DNA of 64,000 nucleotides from Haplodiscus bocki (Eukaryota). A model generated the notes under the pieces. It made no database searches. It worked only from the letters and a program-made list of their open reading frames with translations, and was not told the origin of the DNA. The stretch covers positions 172,732,001 through 172,796,000 of the forward strand of contig OZ296648.1 in assembly GCA_965655095.1 (NCBI GenBank), in the 5' to 3' direction. This document shows, one piece after another, positions 26,000 through 38,889 of this stretch (position 1 is the stretch's first letter; every line of letters begins with the position of its first letter). A program made the translations under genes and the position numbers.

Positions 26000-27830
26000 A
26001 AATGTCTGCTTCATCATATCGTTCTGTGATATCGACTTTGAGATAACGCTAAAAGGACTGATTAGATTTGAATCACATTGATTTTTAAACTCACTTTTCT
26101 GCGAAAAAAATATAACATTAAATTTTTACTCAAGGTCTCAATCGAATAGATTCCACTCGTGGTGAACTGTTTCAATTCCTTGCATCAGAGTTCTGATTTT
26201 CCCAAATTTTAAAAGTGCTGTTTGTAAGAATTTTTCTGGACACTCAAACTTTGACATCCCTACAACTATACGTTTGATTTGGTCCATCAAAACCCTTATC
26301 AGAATCTTGACAATTGTAGAAGATGATTCTGTTGAAAAACCAATCTTTGTGACACTTCCATCATAATTCCGAAAGTCAGAAAGTTTAAGAAAAGTTTAAT
26401 GTTGTGGTATTGTTTCGATAGTCGAGCTCACAATTCTCAGTAACAACAGTTATGGTTTCTCCAACCAAAATATCCATCGAACAATTTCCGTTTGTGGAGG
26501 AAAATTCAAGTAACAAACTTTTTGTTTTGATCCATCTATCAGAATCGTGGCAGACCAAATATTCCAAAAAGTGCTGTTTACTTTGATTTCGCTAGGTATT
26601 CAAAGGCCTATTTCTCAGCCACCCACAACTTTATTTCCTCGATCAAATTTTCAATCGAAAACACAGAACTTGCATACGAGTTTTCAACTAAAAATCATTG
26701 TTTTTTTCTCATGCATCGGAGTCCTGATAGTCCGAAAAATTGAAAGAAAAAACTTTAATTTTAATTTTCTTTGATGTTCAAAGTCATTTTTCACTAGAAC
26801 AACAGGCTTAATCTATTCAATCATGGACAGCACTGAAAAAGTTCTAGATGTAGAGAGGTCTTCGATGAGAAAATTGTTGATTTGCGCTCCTCGAATCGGT
26901 GCTTTTACAGTCTGAAACTTCCAAGAAGTATTATTTTTTTATTTCGCTTCAATCACAAACTTGTAATCCTCAGCCACTAAAAAATCGACTTTCTGCATCA
27001 AGAACTCTGTTTTAAGAATAACACCTGAAGAGGAGTTTTGAGGATAAAAACCGTTGATGTTTTTCGTAATATCGGAGTCCCGTTAATCCAAAATAACCAA
27101 AAAACGTCCTATCGAAAATTTTTCTCGTCAATCAAACTCAACCTTTTTTGTCACCAACAACTACAGGCTTGATTTCTTTTACGAATGTCTCAATGAAAAA
27201 CCTTGTACATTTGAAAACATTCTCGATCGTAATGTTGCTGATTTTTTCCTTGCATTGAAATACTGATCTTGGGATATTGCATATAATGTCATTTATAATG
27301 TTTTATTTCGAAATTGGAACGTTTCTTTCTCCGTAACTAGATGCTTGGTGTTTTCCACCTTGTGTTTTGCCGAAAACATGAAAATTATTGAAGTCTATTG
27401 AAAAATCTAACCGTTGATTTTTTCCTTGCATCAGAAACTTGATGGTCCAGAAATTCCGAAAGACGCTATTTTTTTATTTATCTCGGCATGCAAAGTCATC
27501 TTTGACCCACAACTACATGTTTCATGTCTTCCACCAAGGTGGCAATCAAAAGGTTTCCACTTCACTTTTAGGTGGTGGTAGTCGTAGTAACTGTCTTTTT
27601 TCTTCCTTGCAATTGACTCTTGATAGTCCAAAAATTTCAGGGAGTATTTATGAATATGGAATTTTTAAAATCGACTTTCAAAGCCAGGTTTCCTCGTAAG
27701 TACTAACTTGATGTTTGCCTTCAAACCCTCAATTTAATGCTTCCTACTTTTGTTAGAAGTAGGATAAAAAGATAAAAAGAATCTTTGATAAAAAGAATCG
27801 TTCAATATATACCCCTCTATAGAATCTTGA
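26000..27830 (-). repeat. Cryptic diverged ~178-bp tandem repeat (at least 9 units), probably a decayed repeat-protein gene
   Basis: A motif like ttccttgcatcagagtcctgatagtccaaaaat recurs at about 26,178, 26,355, 26,533, 26,711, 26,890, 27,068, 27,248, 27,424 and 27,606. Confidence 0.75.
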
Positions 27831-28249
27831 TAGATCAGATTTGCCAGAAAATTCTTTCAGACTTGACTCAGTTTGGCAATCAAACCTAAATTTCTTCAAC
27901 TATTTGTAATCCACTTTTTTCCATTTTGGTGTCAATCTCGACAACTTCATACTTGAAGTCGACTGTTCGTTTCTAAAAAACTCAATTTGTGGTTTCTACA
28001 ACGAAATTGGAATCCGGACGGGCCAGAAAGCGCAAATGTGCTTTCAATTCAGACATAAACCGAAAATCCAACTAGTCCTTATCAAAAACTAGAGCTTTGA
28101 ATTCTTTCATCAGGTTCTGAATTGACGCTTTCTGACTACCACAGGACTCCTACTTTGGGGAATCTCCGGTTTTAATGCTTATATTGGGGTGAATTCTTCT
28201 ATCAAGATCTCCACCATCGACAATTTTTTTTATCTAAAAAATGAATTCA

Positions 28250-31200
28250 TTTTTTGGAAATCAAATCATGTAAAATCAATCTATCATCTCACTGACACCG
28301 TGACAGAACATATTGCATTGCGACTGAGCCACTTGTGAAAATTATAAGATTTGCTCCATGAAAACAATGCCTTGTCGTATTCATTTTCTCGGGATGATAC
28401 AAGTTTCATTTTTGTTTTTCGTTTCAAGTTACCTTCTGAGTATAGTCAATGGCATGGAGTTTTTTAACTATATTCTGAATTTTTTGTCATTTTTTTCAAA
28501 CCCTTCATTATACCGTTAATTGGGGTAAGTCAAAATTCAAATGAATCTGTATTCCTTTAATGTAACTCCACATTCTTTTCACCAAAATAAGAAGGTATTT
28601 CACAATAACACTACAGTACCTTACTAAATTTGATAGTTCCAACACACCAAATCCTACAGGAACAGGTTTGGTGAAAATGATTTTTTGAATGAGATGAATT
28701 AGAAGAAAGTGAATTAATTTTCCTATGCTCTCCAATTTTATCTTTAAATTTCATTTTTGATTGTCTACTGATCATTTTTGTATTACCGTTTCATCAATCA
28801 AATCAAGGATTGTGCGTTCTCCTGTAGTTTATATTAAAGTTCCTTGGGAAGCAATAACCATTAAGTTGTGAAACAAATGTTTTTCAAATTTGATTTTTGC
28901 TTCAGATGTTTGATCTACGTTAGATTTACCATAATTTGCTAGCCAAACTCTTTGATCAAAATGATAAGCAATGTGATGTTTTGCAACTTTAATTCCATAC
29001 TTCATAAGAAAAAATTACATCTCGAAAAAGTTTCAAAGATTTTGTTTATTTGTTCGATCCATTAATAAGGTTTCATTAGGTTCTCATTTTAATGTTTTTC
29101 TTTACATGGAATTGTTTGAAAAAAATGTTGCTTTCATTGTTTTTTCCTCTGCCTAAAACGGAAAGTGTTTTGCTCTTAAATGTAGTTTATTCGAGTTTTC
29201 TGAACCACATTCTTTCAAATATCCATGTTTCCGGGCAAATTCAGTATCTCAAACTGATTTTAAATTGTTTTAAATAAATCTTTCAGTGACCTCAGTTTCG
29301 TCATAGCTTGTTGTTGGTAGGTTTTGACTCGAATTTGGTTCCACAAAATTTTTTTATGACCCCAATATCGTGTTTTTCTTTGGTCACTTCGTTTCACATA
29401 ACGACTTCCCAATACAGAAGCAAGACTGTTAATTTCCCATGTTTTTTTCAAATGATATTCTGAGTTTGTCATTAGTTGTTCAAATTAACTCTACTCCAAA
29501 GTTTTTAAGACCGGCTTTTTAGGCGGCTGTACTATAAAAAAGCAGCGAATTAAAAACATTTGCAGATTTTATTGTTTTTAAATTTGTTTGAAAAAAATCT
29601 ATTTGTATTAATACATCGTTTTTCAAATACATCATCGTTAAGTCGTTTCCTTTGGTGAAATCGTAATTTTCAATTAACGTCCGTGTCATTGTTTCTTCAA
29701 TGATTGTGGTATGTTGTTTTAATGTGGAATAAAAACAATTAGTCTTTCCAATTTTTTGGTTCAAAAAACGATCCCAAGAAATGAAATTTTTTTTATTTGG
29801 AGGCTATTTTTCTCTTTGAATAGCTCATCTTTAATTCAATTGGCAAATAAAATTGAAAGTGAAGTCATTGTTGTAGCTATTTGATCTAGAATATCGTTCA
29901 AAAAACTACATGAACCTATGGAATTTGAACTACGATTTACAGATAAAAATTTTTTCGATGATTTTCCTATATCATCATATGTTTTTTCAATATCCTTCCC
30001 AGTGGCCACTTTTTTTTAATTTTTCAAAAAAACAGATGACTATAATTTAAACTTTTGGAATGTTATGGAAAAAAGTTGGTGCAAATGAAGCATATTTTTT
30101 TAAGATGCATTTATTACCCGGTAATCCTCTGAATTTACTTGTCAAATGTCAATGATAATGAACAACTGGTATTTCTTTTACTCTTTCTTCTTATATTTTT
30201 TTCCAAGTAACCAACATCTGTTTCCATCATAATCACAGTCATATATTGTATCATTAGCTTTTTCAATCATGTTCGCAAATTATTGCTTCAGATAAGTCTC
30301 AATTTCTAACATCTCCTTTACAAACCATTCAACACAATCGTCTGCAAAATCTTTGTTATAGCCACGTTCTTCGAAAATCAAAAAATTCATAATATGGTTT
30401 CTGTACTGTGCTATAACCTATTGCTCTTGGTTTGTTTATAACTATTGTTTTTTGTTGTGGGTCGTCTGCTGTTATATTTTTATATTCAAAATCAGCAGCT
30501 ATCCACATTGGTGACTCTATTTTTGAAAACCAATCTCTAAAATTTATCTTTCTTTCTGGATTCAGATTTTATATGTTACAGTTTTTTACGTCACTACGTC
30601 TTGTCATATGGTTTCCAGGTTCTGATTGGCATCCATATGTATTTAAACACCTTCTGCATAGATGTGTATACCTTTTATTTCGTCTACAAAAGTTACATAA
30701 TTTAGTTATTAAACCACAGTACTTTCTAAATTAGTAGATCAATTTGTTTCTCATGAAAAATTTTCGATGATGTATAGTCAGAAAAAAAATTTAGGTGGAG
30801 TTTATTCAAAACGCCTTAAATTTAGATCATTTAGTTTCTCAACTTCGGGGATTCTAAGTTCGGTAAAGTATCTTTTATAATGTGATTCTCTCTCACGATG
30901 TGTATCTATTTTATGTAAACGAGTTTGAATACACCACATAAGACAACACTTCTCTTCTGTTTTTCCGTTGTTTACAATAGAAACTGAGTTGAAATATGGT
31001 TTAGGTAAGATACAGTAAATAGACTTTCGTACATCAAGGTATCTAATATTTTTTATTGTTCCTTTTGTTTTACTATCAGGACTAAAGCCACATTCTATTT
31101 ATTCATATCCATCAATTTTAATGTTTAATTCCTTTTGTTTGTCATTTAGGTCTTATCAAACTCTATGATTTTTTGTTATTGCAAAAAAAACTTCGATTTC

Positions 31201-31400
31201 TCCATATTTTCCTCGCACGACATTTACCTTGTTTTCACATTAATATTTGAATCTTTGGAAGATTTGCTTACGATCTTCAGTAGTTCCTTCAACTATGCTA
31301 ACCAATTGATAAATATCCGTATCATCCAATCTATAATTTCTATCTCCACGTTCTTTATTTACTCTGAAATTGATATTCTTCTAATATGGGCAGTAGATTT
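28250..31400 (-). pseudogene. Protein-primed DNA polymerase B (Polinton type), disrupted
   Basis: Colinear motifs: KCCLMWCI; LCRRCLN (Zn finger); WIAADFE (Exo I, ~30,490); HLTSKFRGLPGNKC (like DHCHLTGKYRG.AH..CN); YLKNDVL (Exo III); FEKHLFHNLMVIASQG (like K.L.NAFYG); KPVPVGFGVLELSN; ELH*RNTDSF (like YMDTDSF, ~28,550). Confidence 0.92.
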
Positions 31401-31974
31401 AATATGAAACGATTTTAAGTTATTGTTTATGTCTTTTTCACAGGCTTCAAAATTTCGGAAAATTTTTCCATTCTGATGTTCTTCAGTTGCTGAGTGATCT
31501 TTTTCGACTTTCAACTTTTTCATATTGTTGGCAATAGTTTTCTCTATTTGCTGCCAGATGCCTATTGGTTAGTCTATTATTCAAATCGTTAGACCTTTCA
31601 TTTTGCAAACGGCAACTGGTGCAAGTCATATTCTCCACCTATAGAAGATTTTTTAATTGAAATGCTCTTTCAGTTTTTTAGCGTCTTCATTAAGGTTTCT
31701 AGATGAAACTAGTTATAAAGGTTCTGGAAGAAAACGCAGGAAAACTAGCAAAAAACAAAATTCAAAATAACACAAAAAATGTAAAAAAGTCCTTCTGCCA
31801 CGTTCAACATTATATGCAATGATGTTTTTATAATTTTATAAATTATGCATTACAACAATCTCTCACATCTAAAAGGTGAATAAATATATTCTTCGTCATT
31901 TGTCCCTTAATTCAGTAATAAGCAGTCACAATGTGCTAAAGACACATAATTCCAACAAAATCAATAAAAGAAAG

Positions 31975-32721
31975 TAAGGCTGTTTTTTTTAACTCAAATT
32001 ACTCAATTGATACTGATTTGAGATAAAATTTTGTATTTCTAACGGCTAATATCAACTAGATGGCCTAGTCAGCCTACCCTCTGTCCGAATGGCACACAGT
32101 TATGTTGTATTAGCTCAGATTCTGTGGCCTTTCGCATCTGGAGGATAAAGATGGTATGCCGGAGAAACTGTACAAAAACTTACTAATTTATTAAGTAACG
32201 TTCTTTACCAACAACACTCAATGGAACTAGTTTTTAATTTTTTTGTGTTGCAATGAACAAACCGTTTGTATAAAGCTTTCCGCGCTGTGAAAATATGATC
32301 TTTTTTAGCATTGGTAAAAAGCATGTCTATGCTTTTAGTCTTGAAAGTATGTGAACTTTTATGTAGGAAGAAAACTGTGTAAGAAAATGCAAACATCGTC
32401 AAAATAGGCGTTCGTATGTCTTTCAGACAAACGAAAGTTTAACCTATTTTCTATGTGACTTTTCGGATGTTTTCAAATGTTTTCAAGTTTCTTTGTAGGT
32501 TGAAAGTTTAGCTAGGGGCAATGTAGTGAAGTAAGGTTGAGGTGCTAAAAGTTTATTGGGTTTTTGAAGTGTTTCGAGGGTTAGATATTTTAGGGGGGTT
32601 TGTAGTCAGTTTTTTGAGCTCTTCTGTGGTAGGTTTAGTTGAGTTTTGGGGTTAATTTGGTTTAATGATACATTTTGGAGACTGTTCTCTCCGTAGTCAA
32701 AAGTCTCTTTTATTTCTGGTG
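31975..32721 (-). repeat. Right terminal inverted repeat (~745 bp)
   Basis: Its reverse complement aligns along 20,747-21,480, at roughly 70-75% identity by eye. Confidence 0.92.
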
Positions 32722-33255
32722 CATGTGAAAAAATTAGAGATGAACCTTGCACCTTGGAACTTTTCAAAAAATTGTTGTCATTTAAACTTTACATGTAAAT
32801 TAGAAAACCCCGCTAAATTTTGCAAAATTCATTGAAAAAACTTTTAAATTGTCAACGCAACAGATAAAAATTGGTCATGAAAAGTTTTGAATGAATCGTT
32901 GTAAATCTTCGGGAAATCAAAATGTCTCCGGAAGCACACAAAATTGTACAAAAAGTACATCCACTGTTGAGTAGGGAAGATTTTTTTTCAATGTTTCTAA
33001 AACGTTGCTATGGAATAAATGGGGATATCTAGAGAACAAGATTTCCAAAATGGGACGGTATTAGTTCGAAGCTTAGAAGCCTTCTCCATCTTTTATCCTT
33101 TCCTGGTGAATCGTTTCCTGCACTCACTGAAATCATAGTTTTTTAAATTATTCTTCTGCACTTTGTATTTGCTCACAAAGAAGCGGAAGCGTAGGTTTAG
33201 TTTTCGAAAAAGAGGCAAGCTTGGTGCCAGCCTGCATTCACTAGCTATGGAATAC

Positions 33256-33658
33256 TGCCATGGTCAATTTCTGGGCCAAAGTTTTGTGTTGACTGGCTGC
33301 GGAAGATGCCTGCTTCAGGATGAGGATCACTCTGGGAGTCGACTTCATTCGTTTCCTGGTTTTACACATTTGTGTTTCGGAATGTTCCCGGAACGGTTCC
33401 GGAGTGCGTCAGTATCTGTGGGTTCAAGAGAAATTTGTCTAATTTAGACAGAGCACCCAAAATGCGGGACTCTGTCATGCTGAACTCCTGGGACAGTTTT
33501 TTAGTTACTCTGCTTTCAATCTCTCCGGAAACTTTCGTGATATATTCTTCCTTAATTCTAGGGACGGACGCGTTTCCTGACGGGCCGTTCCTAGGATTTT
33601 CCTCTTGTGTTCCTTTTGCAACGGTTGGCAACTTTCAATTGTTTCTCATTGTTGCCAT
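33256..33658 (-). pseudogene. LTR-internal ORF (putative Gag N-terminus) with premature stops
   Basis: MATMRNN*KLPTVAKGTQEENPR...EEYITKVSGEIESRVTKKLSQEFSMTESRILGALSKLDKFLLNPQ...NFGPEIDHG. Clear paralog of the ORF starting at 40,135. Confidence 0.7.
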
Positions 33659-34787
33659 CTTTTTGAAGGTAAAATGCTCCGCAGTTATGAAGATTCAATT
33701 AGTTTTTATTTGTTAATGAACTTCAGATTATATCACAAATGTTACTCTTTAGAATAACCAACTATTCAGAATCAGTACAGTCAACTGATAATCAAAGTGA
33801 TATTGAGGATCTCCGTTTAGTACTTTCTTTCCTCCTATTTATACCTTTTCCTTGGAGGGAAACAAAATTGTTTACACGCCGAGTAAATGTACACAGTAGG
33901 GAAAAGTACTTTAATCTTAATAAATACAAAGGAAATATGCCGACTCTGACGGGAAATAAACACCTTTCCAACCCATTTCTTCCTTTACAGACCGCGTTTT
34001 TTTATACTTCGACGGATAATATACGGGTTTGATCAGTCAGAAATTGACATCAAAGTGCTTATTCCCGCACCGACCCAAAAAATAAAAACATAAACAAATG
34101 ATCAGAAAGTTTTTCCATAAAAGAAAAGTATTAAAAATGCACCAAGATTAGGTAAAATACACTAAAATATCCATGAAAATCACCATTACATGCTTGGAAA
34201 ACGTTTTGCATCAAATAAAACCACTTTTAGAACAAAATTAGGTTTTTTCCAAGTCCGTTCCTTGTTACTACAGGCCAGTTCCTCACATTCGCCCAAGCAT
34301 TCCGGAACGACTACGTAACCTCTTGTAGGACTGCTCACCGCAGTGCTACTGTGAAGATCGAAATAGGTGGCGACGTAACCGTTCCGTGTACGGCCAAAAT
34401 GGCAGAATAGCACAGCGCATTGGTTGAAATTCTAGTGACGTCACCAGATGGGTAGCGACGGAAGGCGTACGGAACAAATGTTCACTCCTAGTGTAGTTAC
34501 CAGGTAGATACGTGTCCCTTCCGTAACAGTTCCGTCCCAATCTGGATTAGTACACGGGAGTGCTACTTATACAAAACGAAGAAATTACATGAACAATTAC
34601 TGGGGAGTGATACGTATTTGATACGTATCAACTACATGTTTTGGCGTTGAAATTTGATGGCAACATTATAACAAAAATGGAAATAGAAATGTCTGAAGTT
34701 TCGATACAGTTTCTTCTAATTTTCAGACGATCCGGGGATGTCTTTATCTTTCTTTAAGCTCGTAGGCTTCGCGGATATACTGCGACA
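33256..34787 (-). repeat. 3' LTR (~1.53 kb)
   Basis: TG...CA termini. 34,375-34,787 is a direct repeat of 38,420-38,838, and 33,256-34,080 is an inverted homolog of 39,695-40,477. Confidence 0.85.
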
Positions 34788-34800
34788 CTCCCCCTTTTTT
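34788..34800 (-). promoter_or_regulatory. Polypurine tract
   Basis: Minus strand AAAAAAGGGGGAG immediately precedes the TGTCGCAG start of the 3' LTR. Confidence 0.85.
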
Positions 34801-37800
34801 ATGAAAGGACATTCCCATGGTTAACCTTCTTGTCGGTCTTCGATGCGCTCTGCTCATAGATAATTATTCCAGGTAGAAGTCACAGGTGTCGAGAAGTCAC
34901 AAAATGACAATTGCCATTATTGTTTCGAATCATAATTTCGAATCGAATGAAGATTTATGCTCGCTGGTGAGAGTTGTTGAATTCACCAAATGTACTATGT
35001 CAAATCACGGAGTACAAAAGTAAATTCTCCGTGGTTTTTTTTTCAGCTGGGGTTTTCTTTATAGTTTCCGTATTGAATGGTAAATTTGATGAAATTAAAT
35101 AATATTGAGTAAAATTTGAGGGTGTTAGTGTGTATGCAAGTCATGGAAAGCAAAGTTTTGAAATGAGGAATTTTTTAGTTTCGTTCCTCAACGGTTCCTT
35201 GAAATATCATGCTGATGTCATTGCTGGCAGACAAATTCATCAAAATTTTAATGAGTAAGTGGTGAAAGAAGAACGCATGTATATCCACTAATTGATAGTC
35301 AAGTCTTGCTGTTCCGTGGAATGTCTGAGAAGAGTCTGATCCTGTATGAGGAGATCACTTTATCTCAAGCAGATACTGTGTCAGTTGTAGGTTCTGCCGG
35401 AACTCATTTTGCCATTTCTATCAGCCTCCATGTGCCCCTGAAGAGAAATATCTTGTGGAGATGGGCGAGGAGAATCCGGGTGGAGTTCTGGAACAGTTTC
35501 TTATTGGAGATCATGGAGAAACTGATGAAGATGCGGCGAGGGAGGCAGACGTCGACGGTGAGAATGTCGATGTTGTTTGTGGTGCTCTCGCGATGGCGAT
35601 CTCCGGGTTTGTGTTGCAGGGTTTCATTTTCTCAGAGATTGACCGGAGAAAAAGACTGGAGTGACACACTTTGTCTGAGGATGTTATTGACGTCGCTCGA
35701 CCTCCGCAATGTGAGTTTTCAACTCTTCAAAATTTATCATTAATTTTTTTTTGAGAAATTTTTGCCGGCCGATCATAGATTTCTGTTAGGCTAGTTATGC
35801 CGCGCTTGCTAAAACCTGAAGACGACTTCGTGAGGCCATTGTGTTTTAGTGTAAAATTGTTCTGGAGAACCATTTGTTCATCCGGATATCTCTGGGACCT
35901 CTCGGATTGACGTGTGGGGATCAGAGTTTGAAGTTGTTGCTCCCACTCCGGAGGAGGATGTCCGGAAAGGGGGCTCTAGAAAAAGATCTCGCACGGCTGC
36001 TCTTGAGGGTTAAATTCTCCCTAATCTACATTGTGGATTTGTTTTTGGGAGCAGTGGTTTATTATGCTTGTTTGTGTAGGTGATGCCGAATTTGCTCCTA
36101 GTATTTCAGAAAGGGATGACGTATCGACTGGGAAGGAGACTGATGGTGAGCTGAGGGTACGCCGCGCTGTTACTACCAGACACATGGTATCGCTAGCTGG
36201 GGGCTTCAGTATTATGCCTCCGAAGCTGTCCACAGTCAGAGTCGAATTTGGGAGCTAATGGAGCAGGCTTCCGATGATGGTGATATTCATGTTCAAATGA
36301 GGAATTTGTTTGCATTGTTCCTCTTTGGTTCCGGGTTTTAACTCATTTCTGCCTTTTAGATTAATTCGTCCCCGATCGTGCCGCCACTGTTGTGCATGCC
36401 ACTGGGCATCAGATTGTTTGTTTGTGTCGCTCCGTCAGTGAGGTGGAAAAGGCTCAGTTGCTAAATCTTCTGATGAATAGTGCGTAGTCCCGTTGGATTT
36501 GTATTTGGGCGATTAGTAGGGTGTGTAATGTATATTTTCTGTCGGCAGAGTTGAATGAAGTACTGGATCAGGGGCGACATTCTTGTGGTACGTTTCTTCG
36601 AATTTTCGGATATGTTCCGTATCAATCCTTGTTTCTTCCTCGGTGGAAGCAGTAATGTCGTTGATGTCGCCCATACTGGAGTTATCTGGGGCTGTTCCTA
36701 TGTTTTTCTCATTCAGTCTATTCATTGCCTGTATTGTTTTAGTCGCTCACAATATCGTCGATTTGCAGTCTGAGTGGGCCGTTTTTTGTATGTAGAGAGA
36801 ATGAATAGAAAATGCTTCAGTCGATAAGGATTATCCTCAGAAAATTAAACATAACTTGTTTGTATTCCGTATGGTTTCCAGGATCATATTTGGAGAATTC
36901 TTTGAAATCATTTCCGGAGATGCTCCGTAGAGCAGATTAGGGTGTACTAGGGTTATGTTTCGAGATATAAAAAATTCGCTATTGCGATAACCGATATCCA
37001 TTGAGGATTAGTAGTCAAAACATCGTATTTGTTCCTAGAGAACTGTCAAGAACTTCTAGGAGTGGGTACGTATTTGCTCCGTATCAGTTCCGTATTGCGT
37101 TCCTAGGCTTTCCGGAAAGTGTACATAGGCGTTCCGTAGATCATACTAGGACAGATTCAAAAAACCAATGTCTGTAATTTTTGTTGCATTCCGACTTCAA
37201 GTGATGACTATGTTTTGTGCTGCGGAGTTTGTTAGAATTTTTTTTGATTCTTTTACTTCGTGTCCCATTTGTAGCTAAAGTCATGGTCCGAGTCCATTCC
37301 GTCATATGTCCCTTCTTTGATAGAGACTTTGTGGGCAAACTTCTGGTATTGTGCCTTTTATGCTACTAGTCAAATGGGTTGTGTAATTGGATAGTTTACG
37401 AAACCCAGAGACCGATACGTTTTTCAGGAACTAATATGGAAGGCACTATTATATAGTGTTTGTCCATGTCTCATCTCTCACAAGCGTTTCGCAAAGAGCG
37501 GTGGAGTTGTTTTTGTGAGAAGGGAAATATTGTCATCTCCATTACATTTCAGCTGTGATGCCGTTAGTCGTTTCTTGGGTTTTGCTTTGACAGTTCTGGG
37601 AGTTATTGAGGAACAGTACGTGTGTGCTAGTAGCCTAACTTTCTCGGAACTGTTCCGTAGCGGTTCCGGATTTTGAAGTGAGGTTTCTTTTATTGACGAC
37701 GTTTGTGATTCTACAACATTTCTCTGTTTTAGTTGGGGCGTATGCGTGTTTTCATCAGTTTCAGCAGTAGAGTCTGTCTGAATATTAGCTAATTTGAACT

Positions 37801-37989
37801 CTCCACAGATATCTGCAGAGGTTGCTTCCGGACAACACGTGGGGTTGGTGGAATTTTTTCTGCTGGTCTCCGGTTTGTCAATCACTGTTCCGGAGTGAAA
37901 TTGTGGCAATTCTACTTAAGATGTTGGGCTGTAGCCCGGAAACAACCAGTTATGATATCAAGTGCGTCCTGTTGCTGAGGTTTGCTCTT

Positions 37990-38415
37990 CCAGTGAAGTG
38001 ACCTGCTTGCTGCATTGGTTCCAACGTAATATTTCTCTGCGGAGTGGTTCGTTTTGCCTGAAAAGATGGGTAGACAGTTCTAGATTTTCTGCCGATTTTG
38101 TAATTGTTGGAGTTAGAGTCGATGGGAAACACTGTTGATTTTTCCGGCATTTTCCTTTCTGCCTTCAATTTGTTTATTGCGCGTCACAGTGTTCATCTCA
38201 GTTTCATCAAGATATTCCAAATTGTTTAATTCTAATTCCCATTCGCGGTGTGTCACAATCTGTGCATTCTTGGCGTTCTCCAAGTAGGCTTGGTTTATTG
38301 GTTTTTTCAGGTGTGGAGGCATCTTGGCATATAAGAATTGTTCAATGATTGCATGGGCAGCAACTACGAATGCATTTTTTGCCAATTTCTGGAGTTCGTG
38401 GAAAAATTCAAGTAA
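37990..38415 (-). pseudogene. Gag capsid/zinc-knuckle remnant
   Basis: LLEFFHELQKLAKNAF...IIEQFLYAKMPPHLKKPINQAYLEN, followed by a frameshifted GKTNHSAEKYY (decayed CCHC knuckle). Joined directly to the truncated 5' LTR by a deletion. Confidence 0.7.
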
Positions 38416-38419
38416 CTTC

Positions 38420-38838
38420 CGTAAGGGTTCCGTGTTCGTCCAAATTGACACCACATAATAGCACAGCGGATTGGCTGAAGTTTTAGTGACGTCAGGAGAT
38501 TGGTAGCGACGGAACGCGTACGGAAAAAAGAATCACTCCTAGTGTAGCTACTAGGTAGATACGTGTCCCTTCCGTAACAGTTCCGTCCCAATCTGGATTA
38601 GTACACGAAAGTGCTACCTATACAATACCTAGAACGTACATGAACATTTACTGGGGAGTGATACGTATTTGATACGTATCAACTAAATAAAATGGCATTG
38701 AATTATGATTGGAACATTATAATAAAAATGGAAATAGAAACCTCTAAATTTTCGATACAGTTTCTTCCAATTCTCAGACGATACGGCGATGTCCTTTTCT
38801 TTCTGTTTGCTCGTAGGCTTCGCGGAAATACTGCGACA
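38420..38838 (-). repeat. 5' LTR, truncated (first ~420 bp only)
   Basis: Near-colinear with 34,375-34,787. The block aggtagatacgtgtcccttccgtaacagttccgtcccaatctggattagtacacg is identical in both. Confidence 0.88.
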
Positions 38839-38889
38839 AATGCCCTGTGTTTTTTTTCATTGAGGTGTTTCTTCAATGAACATTTGAAT

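Larger units (their letters stand above)
20747..32721. mobile_element. Decayed Polinton/Maverick (adintovirus-like) element, ~12 kb
   Basis: Long terminal inverted repeats enclose pPolB, integrase and minor-capsid-like pseudogenes. Candidate decayed 6-bp TSD caaggg (20,741-46) / catgtg (32,722-27), 4 of 6 identical. Confidence 0.9.
33256..38838 (-). mobile_element. Internally deleted Gypsy-like LTR retrotransposon
   Basis: Both LTR copies start TGTCGCAG on the minus strand (34,787 and 38,838). The element ends ...GGCA at 33,256. A PPT abuts the 3' LTR. Flanks aatac (33,251-55) / aatgc (38,839-43) look like a 5-bp TSD with one mismatch. A gag remnant lies inside. Confidence 0.85.
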
